Shown here: positions 50,850 to 64,000 of the stretch, one piece after another | Position numbering within the stretch: the stretch's first letter is position 1 | Layout of the letters: the number at the start of each line of letters is the position of its first letter | Assembly (NCBI GenBank): GCA_964016885.1 | Contig: OZ024750.1 | Location: forward strand, 53,196,001 to 53,260,000 | Direction of reading: 5' to 3' | DNA: 64,000 nt | Source: Eledone cirrhosa | Lineage: Eukaryota | Program-made: the position numbers and the translations under genes | Notes under the pieces: model-generated | Databases searched by the model: none | The model's input: only the letters and a program-made list of their open reading frames with translations | Told to the model about the DNA's origin: nothing

Positions 50850-53493
50850 TAGCATGACACCTTACACGGTGAACTGGGTGCTTCTTTTCTCCTTGAGGAG
50901 AAGAATATGGAAGTTGAAGGACCCCATAGCCAGTGACAAATTTAAAAGCTTAATACTTGATGCCTTTGACAATAAGGAAGAGCAATTAGAGACGTGCAAT
51001 ATAGAGGAACTGGCAATTCCTGAAAGTGAACCTGCTGAAAGCAACAGATGAAATCTATGACTGGAGCAGACCTATTGGCAGGAGGAGAGTAACTTGGTGG
51101 TGGAACAGTAAGGTGGAAGAGACAATCAAGGCCAAAAAGCAGACTTGGAAAGTATGGCAGGATAGGGGAAGTAGAGAGCACTATCAAGTGGCCAGGAGAG
51201 AAGCTAGGAGACAAGTGTACCTTACAAAAAGGGTAGCAGAGGATAGAAAGTTCAAGCATGTTCTGCAACGTGAGGACCAAAAACGTGAGGTGTTCAGGAT
51301 TGCTAGACAATGGGTCAAGGAAAACCGGCATATTGTCGGGGAGAAGTGTATCCGTAATGATAATGGTGTACTTGCGCTCACTGATACTGATAAGAAGATA
51401 GCCTGGAAGTGTCACCTACGAGAGACTATTAAATGAGGAGAATAAACGGTAAAAAGATAGTCTGCCTCAAATCAATCCAATAGAAGGACCAGCGGTGCAA
51501 GTTAAAGGTAGTATAATAAGTAGGGCAATCAAAGATATGAAGACAGGCAAGGCAGCTGAGCCTTTGGAGATAGTTTCTGAGATGTTGAAGGCATCTGGTA
51601 TGGTGGGACACACTATGGTCACCCGTATAGTTAACCAAGTAATACAGAATGGGGTCATACCGAAAGACTGGCGTAGCAGCATCATCATTAACTGCTACAA
51701 GGGTAAAGGGGATGCTCTAGATAGGGGAAACTATAGAGTTAGTTGACCAGGTCACAGAAAGAGTTATACTGCAACTAATCAGAGAGCGAATTGATCTAGA
51801 TGAAATGCAGTTTGGGTTTGTGTCAGATAAAAGTACCACAGACGCTCTTTTTTCCTTGTACGACAACTACAAGAGAAGTACCTAGCTAAAAGTAAACCCC
51901 TCTACTTAGCTTTTGTAGACCCGGAGAAAGCCTCTGACAGAGTCCCCCGCTCCATTATCTGGTGGGCTCTTAGAAAACTAGGTGGCTTGTGAGAGCTATA
52001 GAAGCTATGTATAATGAAAGAGTCAGTAAGGTTAGAATTAATAATGAATATTGTGAAGAATTTAGTGTAAAAGTTGGCGTTCATCAAGGCTCTGTCCTTA
52101 GCCCCCTCTTATTTATTATTGCCCTTCAGACTATAACAGAGGAGTTCAAGACCGGCTGCCCATGGGAACTCCTATACGCAGATGATCTAACACTCATAGC
52201 TGAATCAATGGCTGAACTAGAGAAGAAATTCGAAACATGGAAGCATGGCCTAGAATCAAAAGGCCTTAAAGTTAACTTGTCTAAGACTAAAATTCTAGTT
52301 TGTAGAAAGGAAAATAGGGCACAGGTGCCCTCAGGGAAATGGCCATGCTCAGTGTGTAGGAAAGGAATAGGCAGAAATTCCATTTTATGTCCCAAATGCA
52401 AAGTATGGGTACATAAATGATGTAGTGGGATCACAGGTAAACTATCTAAGAACGTAGACTTTATATGTGGCCAATGCTCAGGTGCAATAAGTAGCAAGTG
52501 TCCAAAGGATACTAGCTCCTTCCATTGCCCAGATGGTTCTATAGAAATAGTAGACACTTTCTGTTACCTGGGTGACAAAATCAGCAGTGGTGGAGGGTGT
52601 TCTGAAAGTACAGTAGCCAGAGTCAGAACGGGATGGAAAAAGTTCAGAGAGCTTATACCGCTGTTGGCCACAAAAGGTTTCTCTCTAAAAATGAAAGGCA
52701 GATTGTATGATGCTTGTATATGAACAGCAATGTTACATGGCAGTGAGACATGGGCATTATGTGCAGAGGACCTGCGTAGACTGGAAAGGAACAAAACATG
52801 CATGCTCCGTTGGATGTGTAATAGTAATATACATGAACGGCAAAGCATAAATGAACTAAGTGAGAAATTAGGAATAAGAGGGATCAGATGCTGTTTACTT
52901 GAGAGAAGACTATGTTGGTATGGTCACGTGATGCCCATGAAAGACGACAGCTGCATAAAAAAGTGCAGGGCGATCAAAATTGATGGTAGTTACGGAGTAG
53001 GTAGACCCAGAAAAACCTGGGATGATCTGATAAATTCCGACCTCACACACATCTCTCTAAGACAATGTCTCTGGACCGAGACCTTTGGCACTACGCAGTA
53101 ATACAGAAAACCCGCCTTGCCTATGTACAAAGCGAAACCAACAGTCAGTAGGCACCTCTTAACCAAATATACACCCCAATCTACTACCCCCACCCTATCC
53201 CCCCACTCCCACCAACAGCACGAGAAAATGAGATTGAGTTGGTGTAGGTGTCATGACAAAAAACACACACAGTCCACGCTGTAATGTGGTTGTGTAGGTA
53301 ACACGGTAAAAAGTTCCCAGTTCCACACTGTAAATGTGGTTGGTGTTAGGAAGGGCATCCAGCCATAGAAAACCTGCCAGATAGTCCTATATGAGCGAGA
53401 CATCGTCACCCGACCAGCCTTGCCTCAAGTGGGACAACTCCCGTCTAACCCATGCTAGCGTGGAAAACGGACGTTAAACGAAGATGATGATGA
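50850..53493 (+). mobile_element. RTE LINE, 5'-truncated pseudogenised copy with 3' UTR and (GAT)n tail
   Basis: TWWWN, KAA.P.EI, QFGF, GVHQGSVLSP, LLYADD, PHD finger (TGA at WVHK*C), HGSETW, GRPRKTW; several frameshifts and stops. Confidence 0.93.
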
Positions 53494-53495
53494 TT

Positions 53496-56080
53496 ATACA
53501 ATATATTAATAAATGGAAACTATATTTATAAAACCACAATTATTTCATTATATATATTTCAAGGGCAACCAAGGCAATTTTTGTGCGGTTTCATCAGATA
53601 AAATACAAAATTTGTTTTATAAATAGTGACATAACCGTGGAAAACAACCTTGACGGTTGAAAACTCGCTGGATAGTGAAAAATTTTATTGTCAATATGCA
53701 AATGAATATCTGAAAAATTGAAAAAAACAACCGTTTAATTAAATTACACTGTGGGAAGAAGATAGAGAAAAAAAGAAGAGAGAGAAAAGAAAAGAAAATA
53801 TTAGTATATGTAGAAGTAGAATGAAGAAAGAGCGAAGAAAGAAGCTTATCCGAGGATGAGTTCATATAACGTAAATAAGTCTTAATGTTTATGTTACATA
53901 TTTATGTTACATATATTTACTAATAATTGTTAGAATTCTATTATAATAAATATTTATTTACTATAAGTATATAGAAAATTCGATATATATAAAAAAATAA
54001 AGATATATTAAAAATAAAGATATATTAAAATATATTAAAAATAGATTTAATTAAATATGAAGTAGAAGCATAGGATAAAATATAGATATAAAATTCCTGG
54101 AATAACTTTCCAAGAGATTTTTAAAAGATCTCAAAAAGACTCCGAAGATACCCAAAAACCTTTTAAAAACATTTAAAAAGTGTTTAAAATTAATTAAAAA
54201 CCTAAAATTATTCAAAAATATAAAGAAATATTAAGAAATATTGAAAAATACTTAAAAATATTTAAAATATTAGAAAAATACTAAAAAATATAGTTTTTTT
54301 GGAAATAAGTAATTTAAAAAAAAAATTTTACGTAATTTTTCTAAAAAAATTATGAGATATTTAAGAAGTAAAAATATTAAAAAGTAAAGATTTAAGAAGT
54401 AAATTATATATATTTAAGAAGTAAAAGATATTAGAATTACATTAAATTTAAATTTAAAGATTTAGAATTTATCAACATATATGCATATAATTTAAGAAAT
54501 TAGATTATAGGTGTTTGGATAAAGTAAACATTATGTAGAGAAGATTAAAAGTGTAATTATATTTTATATATAGATCTAAATATTGAGTTTTTGCGATATT
54601 TACAAGAACTAAATAAATTGTTACGTAAATTAATGGAGTTCTTACATTTAAGTATGAAGAAAATTTCTTCAACACACAATTTGCAAAATTTAAATAAAGC
54701 TGTGTTCTTGTAAGCAGGTGCTTTTTGAAATTATATTCCAAGATAAAGAATAGTCTCTATTTTTGGATTTTAAGTTCCATATCAAGTTGGATAGAGAAGT
54801 TGAAGATTTTTTACCAATATTATTAAATGAGCATTTATGGTTATTGAAACAAGATTTAAAGTCTGTAGAAGTTGAGCCAACATAGTTAAAAATATTATCA
54901 TTGATTTTGACATTGCATTTATAGACCACATTTTAAACTAAACAATTATTTTTTAAAGGACAGATTTAATTCTACAATTACATTTATCAGAGTTTATATT
55001 ATTCGGAACAGTATTATTATATTGAATATTGCTAGAGGTATTAGTGCTATTCTGGTTAAGGTTTAGATTTCTATTATTGATTCTATTTATATTTTGTGCT
55101 AGGTTCATAGTAGTAGAGTAAGATAGTTTAATTGTATGTCTGTTAAAGATTGAGTAATATCTATGGGCCTTGGGAAAATAATTATCAAGAGCTTTAAAAA
55201 ATAGTTTTGCTAAAGGTGTTTTAATACTTAGTGAAAATGGAGGAGCATACCAGATTATGTTTCTAGTTCTATTTCTTCTGTTAGTTTTAGAGTTTATGCT
55301 AGGTTTCTTATAATTATAATTAATATTATGGTTAATTGCCTTATCATTATTGTCGATGTATTTAATTTCATTATTATAGCCTGCTCTACTTAAAGCTTTG
55401 TTATAATATGGTGCCTTATCTTCAAATATATTTTTATTCGCTGAGATTCGAGAAATACGTTGTTGTACAGAATTTACGATAGCGTTCTTAACGGATCTAG
55501 GATGATTAGAGTTGAAGCTAACATAGTTTAAGTTCTCATTAATTTTATGAAATGGATAGTATAGCTCAGTTTAATGTTACGTCTAAAAAGTTAACAATTT
55601 TATAATTATTCTCCATTTCTAACTTAAGATTATAGCTATTAAAAAATTGTATTATTGATTTTCTTTTTCTATTGATTTCACAATTATTATTATTTTCAAT
55701 TAACGCAGCATATCATCACGATATAAACCACCGGTCATCTCCGGTAGTTTTCTACGTAATGTATTGTTAATAAAAAGCCCCACTAGATCTGTTAATTGTG
55801 CCGAGTCTGAGGACCCCATAGTGATATCGAAATTATTATCTCTATCTGCTCTGGTCCAAAGATGGTTGATGAATTTAATTAAGGTTTTCCTTGCAGTTAA
55901 AATGATATGCATTTCATCGCTAGATAAATCAGTATATTTAGATGTGTAGATAAGGGCTTTATTAAGTAAATTAGGAGTGATAGATGAGTAGTAATTTACA
56001 ATATCCAATTGAATGAATTTTTTGTTATGCTTATATTTTATGTTATTGAACCAATCTATAACTTCATTAGTATCTTTGTC
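53496..56080 (-). mobile_element. AT-rich Penelope-like element, 5'-truncated
   Basis: IQLDIVNYYSSI, FDITMGSSDSAQLTDLVGL, GLYRDD, SNHP, IIWYAPPFS, CNC..CP...[19 protein letters not shown] (GIY-YIG), then long AT-rich 3' region. Confidence 0.88.
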
Positions 56081-56275
56081 AAAATTAACTAATAAATAAA
56101 CAAAACTGGGATTTTCAATATTTTTCCAATGTAAAACATTAAAACATATAAGTAATCTTATTAACTCAGTTAATTTAATTTAATTTAAATACTTACACTA
56201 AATATAAACTAGTACCCCTCATAATTTATCATCTATAACATGATATACCCATCTATCCACTCGTATATCTATCCT

Positions 56276-56698
56276 TATATCTATATTTTATCCTACGCTT
56301 CTACTTCATATTTAATTAAATCTATTTTTAATATATTTTAATATATTTTAATATATCTTTATTTTTTTTATATATCTAATTTTCTATATACTTATAGTAA
56401 ATAAATATTTATTATAATAGAATTCTAACAATTATTAGTAAATATATGTAACATAAACATTAAAACTTATTTACGTTATATGAACTCATCCTCGGATAAG
56501 CTTCTTTCTTCGCTCTTTCTTCACTCTACTTCTACATATACTAATATTTTCTCTTCTTTTCTCTCCTTTTTTTCTCTTTTCTTCTCACAGCGTAATTTAA
56601 ATAAACGGTTGTTTTTTTCAATTTTTCGGACATTCATTTGCATATTCACACAGAACTTTGAATTACCCCCAATAAAATTTTTCACTATCCAGCGAGTT
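56276..56698 (+). repeat. Inverted copy of 53662-54090 (inverted pseudo-LTR segment)
   Basis: Reverse-complement match by eye. The same pseudo-peptide MNSSSDKLLSSLFLHSTSTYTNIF appears on opposite strands in the ORF track. Confidence 0.9.
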
Positions 56699-56712
56699 CT
56701 TAACTCAATAAA

Positions 56713-56742
<30 letters not shown>

Positions 56743-56747
<5 letters not shown>

Positions 56748-59141
56748 ATACTTGGGGAGGGTCATATTTGTGTAATATTGCCAGAATTAATAACAGAACA
56801 CACTCACTGTTTGGTTGGTTTTCACTTTTCGCTTCTGTGTCTTTTATATCGGTAATCTAATATAATATAATATACTCGGTCCTCAATGTTGCCATTGACT
56901 GACCGACGGTCAAAAATAATATAGATACAATATAGACACAAACACATATATATAGTTTATCATAAATCTTTCGTTGCACATCTGCAACATCGTCAGTGGT
57001 TCTATTGTTTCCTCCTGTTGAATTGTATGGCTACGCCATTTTTATTCAGTCTGTCTATATATTTATTTATTTATTTGCTTGTTTGTTTATTTTATTTTGT
57101 CTTCTTTGCGCATGCGTTGGCGTGTGTGTATAGTGTTTTGTTTGATGTGTGATGTGTGTTCGTGATTGGGTGACTAGTGTGTGTTTATGTGTTTGTTGTT
57201 ATTGTGCTTGTGTATGTATTTATTTATTTATTTATTTATTTTATTTTATTTTATTTACTTATTTATACTTCTCTTAGGTCAGTGTTGTTTGTTTGGGTGT
57301 TGTTGTTATTCCATTCATTCTTTCTGTTTAGTCTTGGTCTTCTAATTTCTATTTCACTGGCCTCTCTGATTTGCCTATCAGCTGGGTCATTTCTATGTTT
57401 AGATATTATTCTAATTTCTATGTTGTCTATGTTACCGTCATGTTGTTGTCTGGCATGTTCGTATAGTACTGACCCGTTTTTTCGTCCTTTTAGTTACCCC
57501 CAGTGTTGGTCTATCCTTTCACCTATGCTACGAGCTGTCTCACCTATGTATGTTGTTGTCATGTTTCTGCAGGTACCCTCTGTACATCTTAAGCTATAGA
57601 CTACGTTTCTAGTTTTACAGTTTATCCGGGGGTTGAGCTTACATATGATACATTTCCTATTGGTACAGTGGGTTTTCTTAAAAGGGTAGGTTTTGCTGAT
57701 CAGGGATTTTATGGTGGTTCCTGGCTTTTCTACCACCTTAATTTTTAAGTGGGTCTTTCTCAGGGCCTTTCTACACTGGTTAGCTAATTTCCCTCCAGGG
57801 GTAGCGTCCACAAACATGACACTCTGGTATCTCTGGTTGTCGTACCATGGGGTGGCTTTCCCTATCTTATGTCTAGCCCTATCTAAGCTATTCCATGATT
57901 TGCTCCTGTATAATGGGCAAATTCCTTTCATGTCCAGTTCTATGAGGGTCTTATACTTCTCCATGGCTCCTTCGTATACTCTGACTCTGTCTCTTTGGTT
58001 GTAGCCAGAGAACTGCATGCGGTTGATGAAGTGTTGGATGTGTCTTTCCATTTCTGTTGGGTCGCACATGCGGGACACATTCTTCATCACTCGTACCAAA
58101 TCTGCGATCAGAATATTAAACTTAGCACTACTGGACATTGCTGAGTTTTTGAGTATCAGGTATTTGGAGGCCATGGGTTTAGCATAGTGTGAGTGGAGAA
58201 TTTGGGCTCTCTCGTCTATAGTGTTAATCCAGAGTTCTGAGTCTAATACAGGTAGTCTATTGTTAGGGTGTTTGGAAGGGAAGTCGATAGTTACAGTTAT
58301 ACTCTGGTGTATGGAATTAGCTATCTGCTGGATGCTTTCCATTGTGCTACATTCTAAATCAAACTTGTTAGTGCTCTCTAGTGGGGATGTTCTTGTAACC
58401 ATATTGATATCGTCTACATAACGAGAGTACATGATGAGGTCTATGGAGCTCTCATTAAGGAGATCTTTAAGTCTCCTTTCCCACCATACCATGAAAAGGT
58501 TGGCAACATCACCAGCTATGCTGACGCCAATGGTTGCTCCTTCATTTTGGGTGTAGATCTTCTCGTTGAACTTAAACATGTGGCCCTTGAGGGTAGTTTT
58601 GATACTAGCTCCTATTGCATGTGCGACCATTTTTCTTACCTGATCATTGTTTTGGGGGGTCCGTATAGCTTTAGTCCACCCAATCCACCTTCCCATGGGA
58701 GTCTTTTTTGCCATTGAGGTTATGGTGGGGGGTCTACCTCTTATGGGTCTACTAGGGCAGAAACGTCTAAGGTCATGGCTGTCTAGGTAGTCAGTGTCGT
58801 AGGTAAGTCTAAGTAGGAGACCCAGTTCGTCTGTGTCGACATCGCAGAACTCCACCTCACTCTCAATGATCATCTCCACACATTTTTTTCACAGCAAAAT
58901 CAATGTTAATGGATGGGTACAGTGACACCACATCCATGCTGCTTATTATGCAGTTGGATAGGTTCCTGTTTTTGTTGCACTCACTGATTCTGCTGAGGAG
59001 GTCCTCTGAACTGTCACATACATCTGGGGACATTATGGGGCGTATAACCATTGAGAGGAAGTAGGAGATCCTGTAGTTACTAGCTATATTAGCTCCGCAT
59101 ACGGGTCTTGTTGGTGGTCCAGTTGTCGGGTCGTCGACTGT
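56743..59141 (-). mobile_element. Penelope-like element (different family, possibly Neptune-like), 5'-truncated
   Basis: RPVCG, SMDVVSLYPSI (frameshift near 58885), YTQNEGATIG, YSRYVDD, LPVLD, HYAKPM, Cys-rich linker, NVVYSLRC...YIGETARSIGERIDQH. The frame continues past one TAA to RQIREASEI..PRLNRKNEW and stops at 57263. Confidence 0.92.
56952..57005 (-). ncRNA. Minimal type I hammerhead motif in the Penelope 3' region
   Basis: Minus strand: ATAGAACCA-CTGACGA-t-GTTGCA-gatg-TGCAAC-GAAA-GATT-TA-TGATAAACTAT. Perfect 6-bp stem II, minimal stem III, imperfect stem I. Confidence 0.7.
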
Positions 59142-59145
59142 ATAT

Positions 59146-61863
59146 ATATACAATATATTAACAAATGGAAACTATATTTATAAAACCATATTTATTTCAT
59201 TATACATATTTCAAGGGCCATCAAGGCAGATTATGGTGCGCTTTCATCAGATAAAATATAATACAGATTAGTTTTATAAATAAATATTGACATACCCTGA
59301 AAAAATGCAACCTTAACGGTTGGAGCTTCCTGGATAGTGGAGATTTTAGATTTATTGTTGATCTAGTATGCAAATTAGTGTCGGAAAGGTTTAAATAACA
59401 GTATATTTAAATTAAACCGTTGGAAGAGGAAAAAAGGGAAAAAAGAAAGAGAAAAGGAATAGTTTATATATATTTTTTGCCAGTGGGAGAGAGTAAACGT
59501 GACGATATTTAAGTGAGAGAGAATATTAGTTATAAGGACAATAATAGCGTAATTTTTTTTTACGTGAGAGAAGAAGCGAAGAAACGAATATAGCATGGAT
59601 GAATAATAGCAGGATTCATTATAATGATAGGTTGAAAAAATTTATCTAAGGATTACTTAACAAATTTGATTAAATGTTTAATTAATAATTTAATAGTTTA
59701 ATCATTACTTTAAATGTGCATGTGTTAGATTATTAAAAAAAAACAAAAAAAACATTTTAAAATTAAATAATATATTATTAAAAAATATATTATTATTATT
59801 AAAACATATATATTATTATTGTAATAAAATATATATTATCATTAATTATTAATTATTAAAAAAATTGTAGGTTAAAAGTATCCAAATAATTCTAAACCCA
59901 TGGAAATTCCGAGAGTTTACAGAAGAATAACCCCTTATTTGTATTATAATAGCTGTACAGCGTAAAGGAAATTACTAGTGATTTATTAATAACTCAGATG
60001 ACTCTAATGATTAAATGCTATAAGGTTAAGAAGTTAAAAAGTAAATTTTTCTATTATAAGAATGTAATTATATGAATCTTATGTTATTTTATACTAAGTC
60101 ATAAATTTATAAATTCATAAATTTACCTGTTATAAATTTATAACAGTTAAACCATAAATTTACTTGCCATAACGTCACAACATATAAAAATTATAACATT
60201 TAAAATTTTCATAGGAATATATCTAAATCATAAAGCATAATAATAAATTTATTCAATTGGAATAATAATAAATTTATTCAATTGGATATTGCTAATTATT
60301 ACTCATCCATCACTCCTAATCTACTTAATAAAGCCCTCACATATGCATTTAAACATACAGACTTAACTAGTAATGAAATGCACATTATCTTAACTGCACG
60401 GAAAACATTAATTAAATTTAACAACCACCTCTGGACTAGAGCAGACAGAGATAGTAATTTTGATATTACTATGGGGTCATCCGATTCCGCACAAAAAACG
60501 AATCTTGTGGGGCTTTTTATTAATAATACTCTACATAGGAAAATACCGGAGATGACCGGAGGTTTTTATCATGACGATATGCTACTACTTATAGAAAATA
60601 ATAATAACTGTGAAATAAATAGGAAAAGAAAAGAAATTATACAATTTTTTAATTGCCTTAATAATTATAAAATAGTTAACTTTTTAGATGTAACTTTAAA
60701 CCTTAACACAGGTCTTTATTATCCATTTCACAAAATAAATGAGAACTTAAACTACGTTAACTTTAATTCTAATCACCCCCAGATCCGTTAAAAATACTAT
60801 AGTAAACTCTATGCAGCAACGTATTTCTAGAATTTCAGCTAATAGGAATATTTTTGAAGATAAAGCGCAATATTATAACGAAGCGTTAGGTAGAGCTAGG
60901 ATATAGTAATAAAATTAAATACATTCATAATAAGGATGTGCCAACTAACCATAACTTTAAAAACTATAATAGAAAACCTTACAATAACTCGAAAAACAAA
61001 AAAAGAAATAGAACGAGGAATATATTATGGTTCGCTCCCCCTTTCTCATTAAGTATTAAAACTCCTATTGCTAAATTATTCTTTAAAGCTCTAAATAAAT
61101 GCTTTCCTAGAACACATAGGTATTACTCAATATTTAATAGACATACTATAAAATTATCGCATTCCACCACCAGTAATTTAGCGCAGAATCATCATCATCA
61201 TCATCATTTCATTTTACGTCCGCTTTTTCCCTGCTTGCAAGGGTGGGATGGGAACTGATTCTGGCTTGATTTCTACAGCTGGATGCCCTTCCTAACACCA
61301 ACCTCATTTACAGTGAGTACTGGGTGATTTTTTGCCGTGGCACCTGCATGACTATTAATAGAATTAATAATAGAAACTTAAAACCTAACCAGAATACCAT
61401 TAATAACCCTAGCAATATCCAATATGATAGTACGGCTCCTAGTAACTTAAATTTAGATAAATGTAACTGTAGAAATAAATCAAACTGTCCTCTAAATAAC
61501 AATTGTTTAGTTAAAAATATAGTATACAATTGTATGTAAAAACTAATATAAATTCCTTTAATTATGTAGGCTCTACCTCCACAGATTTTAAGTCCCGTTT
61601 TAATAACCATAAATGCTCTTTTATGAATATAGGTAAAAAATCTTCAACTTCTCTATCTAATTTACTATGGGACCTTAAATCAAAGAACACTAACTACTCT
61701 TTACTTTGGAATATTATCGCCGAAGCTCCTTCATTCAATGCTTCAACTGAAAATTGTGCTCTTTGTATAGAGGAAATATTCTTTATATTAAAAAGTAAAA
61801 ATTCTGTTAATTTAAGGAATAATTTATTCAGTTCTTGTAAACATCGGTTGAATTCAACGTTTA
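59146..61863 (+). mobile_element. AT-rich Penelope-like element with inverted terminal segment at its 5' side
   Basis: + strand 60200-61863 is a paralog of 54600-56080 ([70 protein letters not shown]). 59146-59600 is homologous to 53496-53870 in the same orientation, so it is inverted relative to this ORF. Confidence 0.87.
61188..61352 (-). mobile_element. Short RTE-tail element inserted in the Penelope ORF
   Basis: (CAT)n + TTTACGTCCG...TTTCTACAGCTGGATGCCCTTCCTAACACCAACC splits NLAQN|INRINNRNL, which is contiguous in the paralog at about 55070-55115. Confidence 0.85.
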
Positions 61864-61864
61864 A

Positions 61865-63958
<2,094 letters not shown>

Positions 63959-64000
63959 CAGGTGGTGCTATTAAGTTAGACATGGCCTGGGCCAATACTG

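Noticed and set aside
57494-57496. Possible recoded stop (selenocysteine or readthrough) in the Penelope ORF
   Set aside because: The stop is TAA, not TGA, and is not at a Cys position. A simple nonsense mutation is more likely.
59215-59255. SECIS-like ATGA...TGAT pairing on the minus strand
   Set aside because: The intervening stem is only about 6 bp, too short for a SECIS, and the Cys codons I checked in the linker of this family are ordinary TGT.

Overview
Eukaryotic, repeat-saturated intronic DNA. The repeat complement (giant TA/TATG microsatellites, tRNA-derived SINEs, RTE LINEs, Penelope-like elements) looks like an octopod cephalopod genome; that assignment is inference. The only host coding sequence I can support is three short + strand exons (1-58, 31103-31217, 39686-39776). 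They splice in phase, with GT-AG boundaries, into the N-terminal Sec14/CRAL-TRIO domain of a Trio/Kalirin RhoGEF. The introns are about 31 kb, 8.5 kb and >24 kb. They hold several RTE-clade LINE copies with a C4HC3 PHD-type finger inside the RT region, at least four Penelope-like (RT + GIY-YIG) elements with inverted terminal copies and hammerhead-ribozyme motifs, a DD37D (maT) transposase, hAT and Tc1/mariner-type MITEs, many SINEs, and six mini/satellite arrays. Nearly all long ORFs in the supplied track are repeat artefacts. The most notable observations are: hammerhead motifs sharing an atypical U-U closure of stem II, one fully formed on the sense strand of the Trio intron; tandem arrays seeded from LINE or SINE sequence; a 172-bp spacerless palindrome related to a Penelope end; and large inverted LINE pairs that could form dsRNA in the pre-mRNA. 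I found no clearly new multi-gene system.
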